Below are positions 1-13,389 of a stretch of DNA of 64,000 nucleotides, in pieces. Below the pieces are notes generated by a model, which was given only the letters and a program-made list of their open reading frames with translations, was not told the DNA's origin and made no database searches. Made by a program: the position numbers and the translations under genes. Positions within the stretch are counted from its first letter, which is position 1, and the number at the start of each line of letters is the position of its first letter. Source of the DNA: Ascidiella aspersa (taxonomy: Eukaryota); assembly GCA_963924565.1 (NCBI GenBank), contig OZ004614.1, positions 3,100,001 to 3,164,000 of the forward strand, given 5' to 3'.

Positions 1-121
1 CTGACGACCGTAAAGTCCTCAAGATCTTGCTCGACCCAGGATCTGATTCTGTAACCGTCGCGTTTCGCCACTGCACCGTTAGCGCCCCCATGCGGACGTG
101 CCACTTGCACCAATGCAAAAG
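1..121 (+). CDS. SEMA6: Semaphorin-6-like, exon (5' partial): end of Sema domain / start of PSI domain
   Basis: Frame from nt 3 reads DDRKVLKILLDPGSDSVTVAFRHCTVSAPMRTCHLHQCK, matching my recollection of Sema6 ..DKRI..MQLD..S.SLYVAFS.CV..VPL.RC.RH..CK. Donor AG|GTAAGT at 121/122, phase 2. Confidence 0.88.
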
Positions 122-508
122 GTAAGTGTTGTTACTGTTGTAAGTGATGACAATTTTTTGCAGGATGGTTAAAGGTTTTCAGTTGCCCATTGAAAATGTT
201 TCGATTTATTTGGGTATGATTGTTATTACTAGCTTATACATTAAAAAATGAAAACGAAAGAATTTAAACCTTAAAATCGTCGCATACATTTTTATATGCT
301 TTTATGGTCCATATTTAAAACATCAAACCATGAAGTTGTTAGAATATCAAGCTTTTTGTGCTACCTTCTTCTATATGGGCATTGGTATTCTTACTTCGTC
401 TAACTCTAACCTCCAAACATTTGATCCCTAGTTTATTGTCGAATTGATTTTAAATCATGGATTTACTAAGATTACGAAATGATTCTTAACTCCCTTTATT
501 CTTTGCAG

Positions 509-1368
509 CTCTTGTGTCGGATCAGCTGATCCCTACTGCGGATGGGATGGATCCTCTTGTATCCCTTACATCACTCCCAAACCGAGGCTGGAGCAGGATC
601 TTGGCAACGCCATCCGGACTCCTCTTGCATTTCCTCCTTGCGAGATCCCAACATCCTGGTCTGATCCTTCAATCCTCATCTCTTCTGAAGAAGGAGGAGC
701 GGATAAAACAAGCACCAGTCCGACTCCTGTGGGTCCTGCGGGAGAAAAAGAAGACGAAGATGACAAAGATGTTGATCCTGTTGCCGTTGGAGACACACTC
801 GCATTAGCGGGCTCCCAGTACGATTTTAAAGTCCTTATCGCCGCTGTTCTCGGAACGTTTGTTCTCACTGTCCTCCTAATGATCCTCGGGATGTGCTTAA
901 TGTTCCGGTGCAGGAGGAAAGATGAGAGCAGCGACGACCTCTTCAAAAAGAAGCAAATGATGCAAATCCAGATGCACATGGACCAGGACAAGCGCGGATC
1001 TCTGGGAAGAAAGGCGCAGCAGACCTACAGAGGATGTTTGGACTGGTTCTGTCGTCCTAACAACAGGAAGAGCACTCCTGCTCCGACTCCCAAGTTGAGC
1101 AACAAGTCTGATATCCCGGTGGAGGTTTCCCGCTCCCAGAACAATTACTCGGAGGCCCCGACTCTTCAGATGCGCCAGGAGCAAGCAAAGAGGCAAAGAA
1201 GAGCTTCTTCCCGCCAGAACAGCACCACCAGTGTGTCCTCCAACCAGAACATTCCGCGAGTCATGAGGAAGGACAGCGTGCTTTCCACCACTGGAAGGCG
1301 CCCCATGTCCCAGCAACCGCTTCTCAGCCTTAGCAACGAGACGTACGAGCCCGTGACCATTTTCAGCG
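509..1368 (+). CDS. SEMA6: Semaphorin-6-like, exon: PSI domain, stalk, transmembrane helix, start of cytoplasmic tail
   Basis: Acceptor CTTTGCAG| at 508. Reads SCVGSADPYCGWDGSSC...RLEQDLGN (PSI motif DPYCGW plus the Sema6-type EQD..GN), then hydrophobic VLIAAVLGTFVLTVLLMILGMCLMF followed by RCRRK. In frame with ORF 729-1403. Donor G|GTAAGT at 1368/1369, phase 1. No Ig or TSR domain between PSI and TM, as in class 6. Confidence 0.9.
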
Positions 1369-1792
1369 GTAAGTGGTGGAAGTTTACTTCGCTAGATGAT
1401 TGAAATAAATAAAAATTGTGGGAAGATTAGTAAAGATGAAAAAGTGATATGATGCGCCTAATGAGAAATATAGAAATTTTGTCAGAAAATTACCAAAAAG
1501 GACATAAAACTAAACTAAAGGTTAAAGATTATTCGGTTTACTCCATAATCATGGCGAATTTTCTAAAATAGTTTGGTTAAAAAATTACTCTTAAAAACCT
1601 CTCAATTACAACATCTCTTCTAAAGATCTTTCGCTAATTTAAACTAGCATTATTTCAGTATTTATCGTCTTCAGATGCAGCATCTTTATTTTTTAGACTT
1701 AAAATTAAAATCTTGATATTTCAACAAAGCCTTAACCAAACTGTTACAAACCCAAAGACCACAACCTAAACTCCAACTTTTCAAATTGACAG

Positions 1793-2202
1793 ACGGCACG
1801 TTGCCTCACAACCATCACATCACCGATTCCTCCAACATCCCTCTTCATCCTGGAGGCATCGTCATCGACAAGCGCTCTTCCCAAGCGTCATCATCCGGAG
1901 GATCAAACTCTCCTCTCTCCTCCAACGACAGCCACATGGGAGCAGCAGAGACAGGAGTCCTCCCGACTGCATCCGCTAAGATGAGGCGGAGAAACGAAAG
2001 AGCCCAGAATCAGACCAACGAAATCATGCGCGAGTCCGATTGCGCAATCCGTGACTTTCAGATGACCTTGAACCACATGGAGTTCGCCGGTATCCCGACC
2101 CAGGGACGGCGTCCTCTCAGCGTTGCCAGGCAACGGTTGGATTCCAATGATAGCGGGAAAGGAGAAAGTCCTAGGAATTCGCTGAGGACTGATTTGGAGC
2201 AG
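1793..2202 (+). CDS. SEMA6: Semaphorin-6-like, cytoplasmic-tail exon
   Basis: Acceptor TTGACAG| at 1792 (phase 1 gives D-G-T-L-P, the frame of ORF 1786-2217). Donor CAG|GTTGGT at 2202/2203, phase 0. GC-rich between AT-rich introns. Confidence 0.85.
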
Positions 2203-2427
2203 GTTGGTGTTTTTTGAAGTTTTGTGTCTTTATTTTTTTATTTTATTAAAAAACATGGTGACACTTACTTAGGGCTTTTGGGGACTTCATTTATTGTTTT
2301 TTATCGCTTTAATTTATTATTAACGAAAAACATATATTAGCATTTATTATTTAATAAAAAGACCTTAAATTAAAGAATTTCGTGTTTTATCAAGACAACT
2401 AATCAACTCCATCTTCTTATTTTCCAG

Positions 2428-3246
2428 TCTCAAATGCTTGCTCCTCGCAACCCTCGTCCCAACTCACTCAACCTCCAGCGCAACTCTTCAGGAAGACGAA
2501 AGCGGATGCTCTCGGAGCCCTCCTACTCACCAGAGGGCGCCCCATCGGCCTTTATCCCTCCCTTCCAGCGGTTCCACTCCATCCAGCCCCAGATGCAGCC
2601 CCAACACCAGCCCCAGATGCAGCCCCAACACCAGCCCCAAATGACCCCAAACGGCCGAAACACCCGCTCGCAGCCAACAACACCCATAGGTGGCCCAACA
2701 TCGCAGAAACTCGCCTTGTACCAACCTCTACCCGACCAACATCAGCAACAAATATACGGGACTCTTCCCAAACCTGATCTCGCAGTTGCTGGGCGGAGGA
2801 AGCAGCGACAACAAGCCGTCGACCCTGGATTCCACGCGTACGTCCAGCAACGCAGTGACGTCATCAGCAGCAATCGCGTCGCAAACTGTGACGTCACAAA
2901 GCAGCGTCGCGACGCGGTGACGCGATCGTGCGGCTCGCCGGTGAAGAGCGCCGGCGCCCCGAACCGCTACCCCAGTTTGCTGGTCCGAGGCACTCACGCG
3001 GCAAAGACCATTGTACAGCAGCCGCCGCCCAGGTCTCAGGGGAATTCCCCGCCAAAGAACCATTACCCCTCGTTACCCCACCGCAGCTCGTCGGCCCCCT
3101 TCGGGAACAATGGCTTCGAGCGACCGTCGACCCTCCACCGCCGAGAGCAGCTGCCGTCCTTTGTCCGCCAGACTTCGGGACCTTTAGCAGCCGCCGGTCG
3201 ACCAATGTACGTTCCACCGCCTACAGTGCCCACCAGTGGCTTTTAG
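2428..3246 (+). CDS. SEMA6: Semaphorin-6-like, last coding exon (Pro/Gln/Ser-rich tail)
   Basis: Acceptor TTTTCCAG| at 2427, phase 0, in frame with ORF 2434-3246. Ends YVPPPTVPTSGF-TAG. Confidence 0.85.
   Translation, partial: SQMLAPRNPRPNSLNLQRNSSGRRKRMLSEPSYSPEGAPSAFIPPFQRFHSIQPQMQPQHQPQMQPQHQPQMTPNGRNTRSQPTTPIGGPTSQKLALYQPLPDQHQQQIYGTLPKPDLAVAGRRKQRQQAVDPGFHAYVQQRSDVISSNRVANCDVTKQRRDAVTRSCGSPVKSAGAPNRYPSLLVRGTHAAKTIVQQPPPRSQGNSPPKNHYPSLPHRSSSAPFGNNGFERPSTLHRREQLPSFVRQTSGPLAAAGRPMYVPPPTVPTSGF
2584..2643 (+). repeat. 24-bp coding tandem repeat, about 2.5 copies (QPQMQPQH)
   Basis: CAGCCCCAGATGCAGCCCCAACAC twice plus CAGCCCCAAATG. Confidence 0.9.
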
Positions 3247-3950
3247 ACTGGCTAACGATCGACCGCGCGGGGTCGCTAAACAGCCGCGTTTGCTTTTGAG
3301 GAACTTTTAGCGCCGGGATGCGGTTAAAGCCGCTGGCGGTTTCACCGCGTTTTGCGTTTTGGCGAGCGTCGTTTGCAAAACTGAAGTCTCTTGGGTTGGC
3401 GGAAATTAATTTTTCGACAAAAAAGAAAAAAATTTTTTTTTTACCATGAGGAAATCAATTTTTTGACGAGCATTAATCGCAAACCAAGTAACTTCCATTT
3501 GTGTATTTTTTTTACCATATTTAGTTTGCTTTTTTACTAAAAGTGTGCTTTTACATTTGTCAGTCGAAATCAAGAACAGGTGCTAAGAGTTGGTGATTTT
3601 TGTAGCTAAACAGTTTTTTGTGCGGAAATCTATTTAATTTTCGCGTGCGGAAATCTATTCAAACCGTTGCTAATTTGCTTTTCTGCAGTTTCGCATTTCC
3701 AGCGACGCTGCTTTCAATGATTCCAGCTGCTTCCTGTCATTTTAGCGCTTCTCTTTCCAAGTTTTTGCGCCTTAATTTCGCACCGTTATTTTATTATTTC
3801 GCTTAGTATTTTATCGTTGTTCTGTTGCGACGAACGAGCCCCAGTGCTCTGGAATTGCAAAAGTTTTTTTTTTTTGTGGAATTTTCGCTTTATTCTTGGT
3901 ACAGAAAACTGTTCGCTCCACTGTGTGCCTTACATCGCGTAATTTAGAGC

Positions 3951-3956
3951 AATAAA
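3951..3956 (+). promoter_or_regulatory. Candidate polyadenylation signal of the semaphorin gene
   Basis: AATAAA after a ~700-nt U-rich 3'UTR-like stretch, followed by GT/T-rich sequence (TGTTCCTTTTTTGTTGTTG). Confidence 0.55.
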
Positions 3957-6304
3957 AACTTGCTAAAAAAAAACATGTTCCTTTTTTGTTGTTGCAAAGT
4001 GTGCATTCAGGTTAGGTTTAATGACATAATATTTGATAAAATTAATTTTTGCTTTAAAATTACGGCTTCAGTATTTTTATTAAAATTATTGAGAACAGAC
4101 GTGTATTGTGTTCCAACTGTTAGGATTATATTGATAAACTGTATGGCAAATGTAGATATAATTTGTAAAAAAATATAACACAACATACAAGGCATAAAAA
4201 CTAATGGAACCAATCTGATAAGTCTTTATCAGTGTGCAGGAATTTCTAATACCCGAATGGTTTAAGTGGATTGACATCTGAATTCGAATGGATGCAAATA
4301 TATATAACACAGTGTTGCTAAAACAGAAACAGATCAGTGCAAGTTAAACATCTTTGCCAAACGCTAACAGGTAACTAACAAAATGAGCACACTTACACTG
4401 AAATGCGCAAGTTTTAAAATTAGCAAAACAATTAGTTTCATCCTTTACCAAAAAACATTAAATACTTTCAGTATATCATGTTCGTGTGGCGTTTCTTACA
4501 AAAATACTCAAAAAAATAATGATTTATTTGTAAAAATACTATTTGACCAATTTAGTGTTATCTCCTAACCTAGGGCCTAGTTTAATATACCAGCGAATAC
4601 TAGATGATCGCAACTGCATCATGTAGCAAGCAGAGAAGTAATTATTTTATGATAGAAATGATTTGTGATCAATTATTATATGTCCGTCATAAATACTAGT
4701 AGATCCCAGGGAGTAGTAAACGACCGCAACTGCATCATGCACAGTAGCAGGCAAAGGTGCTCGACAAAGAAACACCAATCATAATAAGTGCTTCAAAACA
4801 AGTAGCAACAGAGCATAGAAAGCCACGCCCCTTGAAAGCACACAAGCTCAATTAAGCGCGACGCACAGGCTAAACGTTGTCGCCCGCGGTTCACTGCCAC
4901 TAAACGTCCAACGTTAGCCGGGATGAGCCTCTATGTCCACTGTAACTGGCCTGTTTGGACTTGCACTGAGCCGAGGGTTAAGATGCAGTAGCCCCGCATG
5001 CTTCACTGTCAATAGGAAATTTTCTCGTCAACCCATACTGGGGTATTAGTGTTAAATTGGCGTTCGCGAACTCTATAGGCAGATTGCTGAAGTTATGGTG
5101 TTTTAGTTTGAATGGAAATGTCCCATTTGACCACCGAAGATTTTCGCTGTAATTTGGCTTTTTCCAGGAATTTGAACGTCGAGTGTGGTCTTGCTTTCAC
5201 GACTGTCCGTCATGTAAAAGTCAACGCTAGATTCCATCTCGGTAGACCCTTATTTACACAAAGTATTTAACCAGTGTTTTGACCCCAACTGAAACCTACC
5301 TAGGACATTCCTATGCTTCCTTTTTTGCATTCAAAAAAGAACAAAGTAAAGTGTGTACATCCCTTGTTTGAACAGTGTGTTTTTCGACAGTAAGACATAC
5401 AACATTCCTCTGCTTACAACATTCACAAGCTTATAAAAAAGCGTCACATTACATTACATATTTAATTTAGTACCAGAAACATCTCAAGATAACACACTTG
5501 TCAGAAAAGTTTAAGTTTAGAGTAATTGTATAACCAACGTTCTTACACAAAAGTACAGAGAGTACATTTCTTCTACGTTAACATTATTTCAATAATAACT
5601 AAAAATCTATTTTAGTTGGTTTAAACTTTACACAAAATATTTTAACCTTAACTTCTCTGGTATAAATTATAGTACAAAATAAGTGATATTATTAAGCTAA
5701 ACAAATGTTTTTCCTGACTTGTTGTATCAACAAAGCAAAGGTGAACCCCTTAAGTAATTAAAAGGGGCATCAAAACGCCCCACCGAAGTAAACGTGGGGT
5801 CATGGGACATGCTAGAACGCCTTAAGTCCCGTTTCATAACGACTGGGCCATATACAAGCTGAACGTGGTCGGACCGTTGTGAAGATTCGTGAAACGCGAT
5901 ACACTGACGACCACTTTGTAATGGGTTTGATCTTTGAACCGCACTCAAGTGGCCGATTTTTTGGCCATTTTTATAGGCCGCTCAAAGCGGACCGGCTCGT
6001 TTTCTAGAGTATTTAATTTGTCAATTAAAACAGCATTGAGCACACTTTCTCTGACTATTTTTGAGTAATTTCTCGTGATGTATTAAACTGCAACATCTTT
6101 TTGTTTGTTTGGCAAATTACTGAAACATACAATTAACTTGATTAATTAAGCACAAACAAAATTAATTTGTTACATACTTTTTTGTTTTGTGAAACTTTCA
6201 ACTAAATAACTGGAAATGACTGAAATCATGAGCGAGAAAATAAAAATAAACTTTTACTGGGTGATGTTCAAAATAGGTTGAAAGACGCAGAGTTTGCTTT
6301 GTTT

Positions 6305-6432
6305 TAACCTAAACGACTTTGCCCTTTTTGAAAGCCAGTAAATGTGCGACACGCTGTCCATGAAGTTGTCGTTGGTGCAGAAGACACCACCGTTGGCAGG
6401 AGGAACATCGTACGGTGGCTCACAAACAATCG
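6305..6432 (-). pseudogene. Isolated, frameshifted Sushi/CCP-domain exon remnant
   Basis: Minus-strand acceptor TTTTGCAG| (6440-6433), phase 1, then IVCEPPYDVPPANGGVFCTNDNFMDSV. Removing one base near 6348 continues C-T-F-T-G..G..R-L-G, close to the CCP consensus C.P...P.NG...C......GS.C.F.C..GY.L.G. No partner exons found. Confidence 0.65.
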
Positions 6433-9400
6433 CTGCAAAATGTTAAGCTTTTCTTGCTATGGATTTCGACTGGTGATCTTATGAGAGTCCCTATCGTTAT
6501 CGACTCGAATCTCAAATAGCACCAAAAGCGAACAGTTTATGAAAAGTCCTTGTCCTGGATGTTCAAGCAGAAAACGCATTGATTGTGTAAAGTTGTTAAA
6601 GATTTGAGGTTGCTCGTACTGCGTCGCGACGCCCTTGTGCGTAGTTTCAATTTTCCAAGGACGCACACAAGTTTGCTATACCAGTCCAGATTTCATTGGA
6701 GAGTTATTTATATTTCTTTCGTTTATTGATAATGCAGTTTATAAAGTTCGACAAAAAAGTTATATCTGGGCCTTGATCGTAAATTCTATCCGCATCGCAA
6801 TAGTAAGGCATTACAGTTATCCGCCTGTTATGAAGAAAGTTTGGTGACCTTTGGGTCAAAGGAAAAGTGACAACGCTTGTAGTGGTTGTGATAAAAACAA
6901 ACACTTATTTCGCACTTCATTAAGTGTAGGAGTGCCCGGTCACGCACGAGTGGATTTGGCAACACGCGTTTAAAAATATTTTTTTAAGTTGCCAACGACA
7001 TATAGGCCGTGCAAGTGAGCATTCTGGAAAATTTCGCACGTTTTAATCAGTTGATAAATGACTTTTGACACCTTTCAAAAGGTGCAACGTTTTCATAAAG
7101 TAAATTGTCTTTTATCTTGCAACAAAAAAGGATAACTTACTCCATTTTAGCAAATTATGGCGTCTTATAAACATTCCTTACGAAATATATACTGACTTTA
7201 TCAATTAATCGATTATATTTGTTCTAATAGTAACGTTGGACTATTATTATTTATATTCATTAACCATTTCAAATAAAACAAAACGCTACCGTATACACCC
7301 CTTTGTTCAATCCTTTGCCAAAGAAAATTTGTCTTCAACTTTTTTGGATATTTTCTTACCACCTAAAACACAAAATCATTTGTCCAAGAAAACCGCACTC
7401 GATTTCGCTTTCAAATTTCTTTTTTACTTTACAGGCACGTGTGCTAAAGAATTGGGTTCGATTGATGAATGACGTACTTTCAGGAAATTATGCTTCCCGC
7501 TTATTACCATCACGGTCCCAGTCGTTTATAGTTGTTTAATGCTTGGCTGAGCATTTTAATAAGGTTACCTGCCCACGTTAATAACATTTTAAAGCAGAAG
7601 TATCTCGTTGTACAGTTGAATAAAATATTTGCTTGTACTATTAATACATCCAAGTTGAAGTATCTATTACCATGGATTTCCTGTGATTAACTTCTAATTG
7701 ACAAACTCGATTCAAATGTATATGTTGTAAATAAGCGTTTTAAAACTCTAAAAAGTATACTAATTAGTATAAGTTCGGAGGTCTCACATAAAAAATTTAG
7801 CGTTAGGTTGGTTAAGTATTATTAAAAGTTTAAGTTTACTTGGATTGTCAATATTAACTTTCTTGTGAGCTTAGCCAAAAGTTAAAGTCGTGTTTGTAAA
7901 CGTTGATTTAGCAATTATGCCAAATGTAAATGTAATTGGCCAAAGCTACCCAAAGCCAAACAATTTGGATTGCTGATTGTTTTCTTTACAGCCCTTTTCC
8001 TTAAATTGCGCCAAGAACATAAACTTTTTGCTTGCGTTATCATTTGTTTTAAATGAAACACATCAATCTAGACGCGTAAACACGCCAACCGAACCACAAG
8101 TGCGCAAACCTACGTCATCTTTAAAACAACAGTCGTCAAATAATATCGAATTTCCTAACAAACCCGTGTCACTGTAAACCCCACAAGTGCTTTACCCATT
8201 TGCCGCACCCACATAGGCCACAATTATCCCCTGCAGTACACCAGGTGTTTCAGGTTAAACCCCAGAAGAACAAAGTTTTGAAATGTATCGCTTTAAACAC
8301 GACATTTTAGGTTATTTCAGTGATTCTAACACTGTTTTAAACAAGGACACCCTAGGAAACTATTTTAGGTTCTTGTGGACCAGGGTCGACGTGCAATTTG
8401 TAGAGATTACGTCATTAATTGATATAAAACACGCAGACTTAGGAAACCTGATGTTTGCGGTCCAACATATGTGAAATCCAATAATATCTAAGAAGGCGCC
8501 AAATATATTTTAATTAAACTCATTTATTTCACAAAATTCGTTTCATTTATAAAATAATCACTCCGAATTAAGACTTCATCACTTGTAAATAGTCCACTAA
8601 ACCCCAAGCAATCAACGGACGCCAGTTTAAGAGCGATGTTCCCAGCATCTCTATACAAAACATATACAGGAATTATTAAGCCGTAATTACTTCTGTCACG
8701 TAAGCAAAATATTCCATAAAATGTCAAATATTGGTTAATAAATGCAATTAGAGAAATTTGTCTTCGATTACAGCTGTGGACCACTAAGCCCCGGTTGAGA
8801 TACCAAACCCAGTCTAACATAGATACTTAAAACCATAATGATTCGACAAGACACGAGCAAACTCATTGAGCAAGATTTTAAATATTAACTCCACAAATAC
8901 GATTCATCACCGGCCCCACGTTCACTTTAACCCCTCTCACCCACAGCTCAACATTTACCTCACCAACGAGCGCACATCCACCCCCTCAACTTGACAAGGG
9001 ACCCTACAGCTGACGTTTGTAACCCCACACCCCACACAAACAGCTGAGACACATTAGGGGCTTTGAGCGGTCGCTTTGAAATCTCAGGCCTCTTTTTACC
9101 CCCAGTTTAGTGTTTTTTGCTTTTGTTGCTGGTACTTGACTAAAACGTAAATATACCGGTTATTCTGTCAAGTTTTTTTCGCTACCGTCTTTGTTTACAA
9201 CACAATAACACTTATTTTATAGAATTTACGCGGTCAATTTTGATATCTACAGCTGGCCCCTTTATTCAGTTTACATGGCCCCGATTCTGGCCACTTCTAT
9301 TCCCGTTTTTGCGCTACCGGCTTTGTTTTAAAGATGGTGAAAATTTAGAATCATAAAGACAAAATTAAAAAATGTTAGTTTTTCCACTTTCGTTGAAATA

Positions 9401-10209
9401 GTTTAAACTTGGTGATCAAAAGGTAGCCAAATAATCTTTTTGGTCAGATATTAACAAAGCAGTTTCTCTTTTTTACGCATGTTATTTTGGTTCTTATCAA
9501 AGTCAACATTACCGTGATTTCACCCGTTTTTCTTTTATATATTTTTATGTATGATTTTTTATATATTTGTATCAAAACGGAATTGACTGATTTTGTAACC
9601 ATCTGTTATTGACGAAAAGAAACAAATTATTTTATTAACTGTTTTTTTGCACATTATCTTATAGTTTCGTCCAGATTTTTATTATTTTAAACATCTGGAC
9701 AATAAATACTGTACAGAAAGAGGAGAGACTTCAAGCATTTAAACTGATAAAATTAAACATTGCCATAAATCCGTTTTTGTAGTGTTTTAGAGCAATATTT
9801 ACCTTTATGTCAGTTTATATTGATCCCTTTAAAACCGACTTGAGGAAAACTATTCCACCGTGTCAGGATTTAATGTATATTTCAGATTATATTTTTCAAC
9901 CGGCCCTCAAGGCATTTTCTTATTCTTATGCGGTTCCCAGTCGAAAATAATATCAACCCCTTGCTTCGAAAAATACCAAAATTTTTAACCAGGCTTTCGT
10001 TCATTTACCCTTTTGCCAATTCACGCAACCTTTTATGCGTCCCAAGACATTTCGATGTACCACCACTGACATTGCTGTACGTTTAAGGGAGCTATTACCC
10101 GGCTACGAGTGTTTGCGTTTACGCACGAGCGACTCAGTTGGCGCCTACAATCGCCTGAGCGAGATTCCATGTAGTTTTGTGCCGCAACAAATACAACTAC
10201 AGATACATT

Positions 10210-10486
10210 GGAGGGTCAAAAACCTTGGGGTTGGGGGGGGGGGGGCAATTTAAATCTCAGTTTCTGTCGGTGGTCGTATTTCCCAAGTTCAGAAAGTACA
10301 AATCAATCGGCTGCATTTAAATACAAATGGTATTTTGTATTGATACTTTTGTGCCGGGGGTCAAAACCCAGGAGTGGGGATTTAAATTTAAATCTCAGTC
10401 GGTGGTCGTATTTCGTATTTCGTAGGTTCAGGTAGTGCGAATTAATTCAAAACATTTTAATGCGAATGGTATTTTATAGTTGATAA
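10210..10486. repeat. Diverged local tandem duplication, ~145-bp unit x2
   Basis: GGGTCAAAA..GG..ATTTAAATCTCAGT..GTCGGTGGTCGTATTTC..GTTCAG..AATGGTATTTT.TA.TTGATA occurs at ~10213 and ~10358. Confidence 0.8.
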
Positions 10487-13389
10487 GTTTTTCGCACAAA
10501 GCATTTCACCAGGTAAAAGTTGGACCACGTTTTTACAAACCCATTTTGCCTCTTTACAGGTTTTAAATTGAAATAATCTTGTAAAGCGTAATAAGAATCA
10601 AAGCCCATACAGAAGTAGGTGTCATTTTGTTACTGATCAGGAATTAAGGTCGACATTTATCTTGCAAGGGTCAAGGTGATTTCTATTATTCACATATTCA
10701 GTGCAACAGATAAAGATAATGCGCTATATCACCTAAATTCTATCGAGCATTTTTTGCAAACAAAAAATATTTTCTGCTATTTTGACGTCTAAAGACGTTT
10801 CGCGACGTGTTATTACTCGCCGAGCGTGTTATTACGTCATAAATCGCATTATTAGCATTACAGAGAACAACTACAGGGGTGCCTGGAGTCAAAACTAGTT
10901 TATTTATATGGCAAAACTATAAACTATAAATTAAGTTTAACCAAAGGTGTAATAGAACGCTCGATTAAAACAGGCTTAAAATTTGTATCCAATAAGAAGT
11001 AGAAAAGAAAAAGTCGAATATTGTTGATTAATATTTGCGGATTAAAAGAAAATTAATTCAACAGTATTAATATTCGTCAATACAAGCACCATAACCAACA
11101 AAATTCGATAAAAAGGAGAAACATACAATTCCAAACGTACCCTACAGTAAAAGACAATAAACTATAAAAAAATCTATAAGTAGGTTTTTAAAACACAGGA
11201 TTTTTTTATAGTGCCACCTAATTACCCTGTTGTAAAAAGCCTCCCCCCACATTTGCAGGCACAAGAAAAAAAGGAAAAAATAATATGAAGATCTTTTAAA
11301 GCGGTCATGAAGCGCAAAAGCTTTCCTAAAGTCGAACACAGGCAAAGCAGAGAGGTGGTGGTTGTGGGTGGGAGGTTAAGTTGATCGATTATTATCGAAG
11401 CCGCTTCACCTGTGGCCACAAATCCGCCACCAACAAAAAGGCACCTTCAGCAACAACAACAACACGAAGAGATAAGATATAATCGCACACATCAGGCCAC
11501 CAAGCGTGTGGCATCCTCGAAAAAAAGCGCAAGACCTTATTATTTAGCCATGCTTTTAAAAATTTTTTCCATCGTAAGTTCACCTTACACGGCAGTTTTG
11601 AAACAACCAACTTCATTTTCTGTGTGTGGTTTAATTTTTATCAGGTTATTGAATTTCTGTCGATTAGAGAGGCACATTTTCTTTTTAGGTACAATTATGT
11701 GTCTTTTTCACGTTTACAAAAAAGTTTTTTTCCTATTTCATTTTTTCTTTTCTTTTTTGTCTTATCGGCCGCGAGGCAAGTTTAAATCAAGCAGCTTCTG
11801 TATCGTAAAACTTCACACCCTTTGGTACCGAACTTAAGTAAAAAAAAATGTAGGAAAAAACATATTTAAAAGATGGAGAAACACATTCAAAAGGATTTCA
11901 CGTGTCCAAAGACGCCAAAAATACACAAAAAAACATGAAAAACAAGAAAAAGTCAACACTCAATAGACAAATATACTTCTATTCATCTTGAAACAAACTG
12001 CCGCTCCCAAGCTTTCTGTTTAACCTCCCCTTACGTTGGGCGTAAAACGCGCTTAGCTGGAGCGTGTAATTACGTCAAGACCACCTGGTTGAGTTGACTT
12101 ACAATTATACGTCCCATACAAACCTCGCAGTTTTAACTTAAGCGTGACGTCACGTATAAATACAGGAGTTTACAGAACTTCGAGTTGACGCAAGTACCTA
12201 GCAAGATGTGGGATGTAATATGGGGTTTAAAACGTAAAACTACACGCCAAAAATTTTCGTGTATTAGGCGATTCAAAATTCATGGTTCAAATCAGTGATC
12301 ATTAACGTTTTTTTTATCGCTGGCTGCCTATAGTGTTTTAGTACTGTCGCAAAAATTTAAAGGAATTCTCCATTATTTCAAGACTGTTTTTATTTAAAAA
12401 ATTTAATTTTAGAATTTAGTGATGCTTAATCAATTTAAAAACCCTCCTAGATCTAGCTGCATATTTTAGATTACAAGTTGATATAATATGGCAAAGAGTT
12501 AATATAACTTACTGCAGCCAACATAATATTACATTTGCTAAATTCTAAACTTTCGTTAAACTTTCTAAAAATTCGCGTAAGATTTAAATTTGCCCAAAAA
12601 GCACTAAGTAACTGACGTACAACAGTTTTGTAGGGTTGTGGGGTAACAAAAGAGGATTTGTTGTAACATTTTGTATAACTGTCAAGTTTGAAACGAGGCG
12701 AACTGAAGCAGGAAAACTCAGGAATTTTTCACACAACAATACGGAAAATTTGCATCATCAAATATGATATTATGTAACTGAAGAACATATTTGGCAAACG
12801 AAAGCTGAAACGCGTAATCTAAAACCCTATTTAAAAATTCGTAAGATAACTTAATGAACTCTAAGATTTGGCTTATGGCAATTAATAAATTTGGGTGTTT
12901 AAGTGTTGATAAACACGTAATAATAACCCCTAGAGAACGTACGTAATTTTACTTTTAAAGTTTGTTTAGCAAACTCGGCCTTATGTTATGTAAACAGGAA
13001 TGTATGTAGAAACGCATTTTAAAGCAAACTTGAACACAATTTTAGAAGATTGTGTATTTTAATACATATTGTAATAAACACTGGTGCCTCGTTATAGAGT
13101 TTTTCAAATCCTTGTTAGTAAACGTTGCGTTTGCAGCAATCTCCGACTTATCCTAAACTCAACACACTTTCGTCCACTTCAAACGGCTTGTTTTTCAGGA
13201 GTTAAAGTGGGCTTTAACAGAAGAAGATTGATGCCTTCCGTAATATTCGACCTGCATATTACATTTCCTGAGCTATAGTGGATTGGGAAAAGGAACTTGT
13301 TATATCGAGAGCCTTGTCAGATTAGGGAAAACCTTATATTACTGTTGTCGTCAGATTGTAGAAACCTTACATTACATGAAAGCCTAAAC

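Noticed and set aside
1640-1682. Hammerhead-like CTGAAGA...GAAA-TA on the minus strand with GCAT/ATGC flanks
   Set aside because: Stem II does not pair and there is no stem III; likely chance.
514-3299. Alternative-frame and antisense ORFs over the semaphorin exons (e.g. 566-991, 897-1316, 2728-3063, 2928-3299)
   Set aside because: Shadows of GC-rich coding exons; no recognisable domains.
12778-12807. CTGAAGA...CGAAAGCTG hammerhead-like string
   Set aside because: No convincing stem II or stem I, and G at the cleavage position. At best a very decayed copy.
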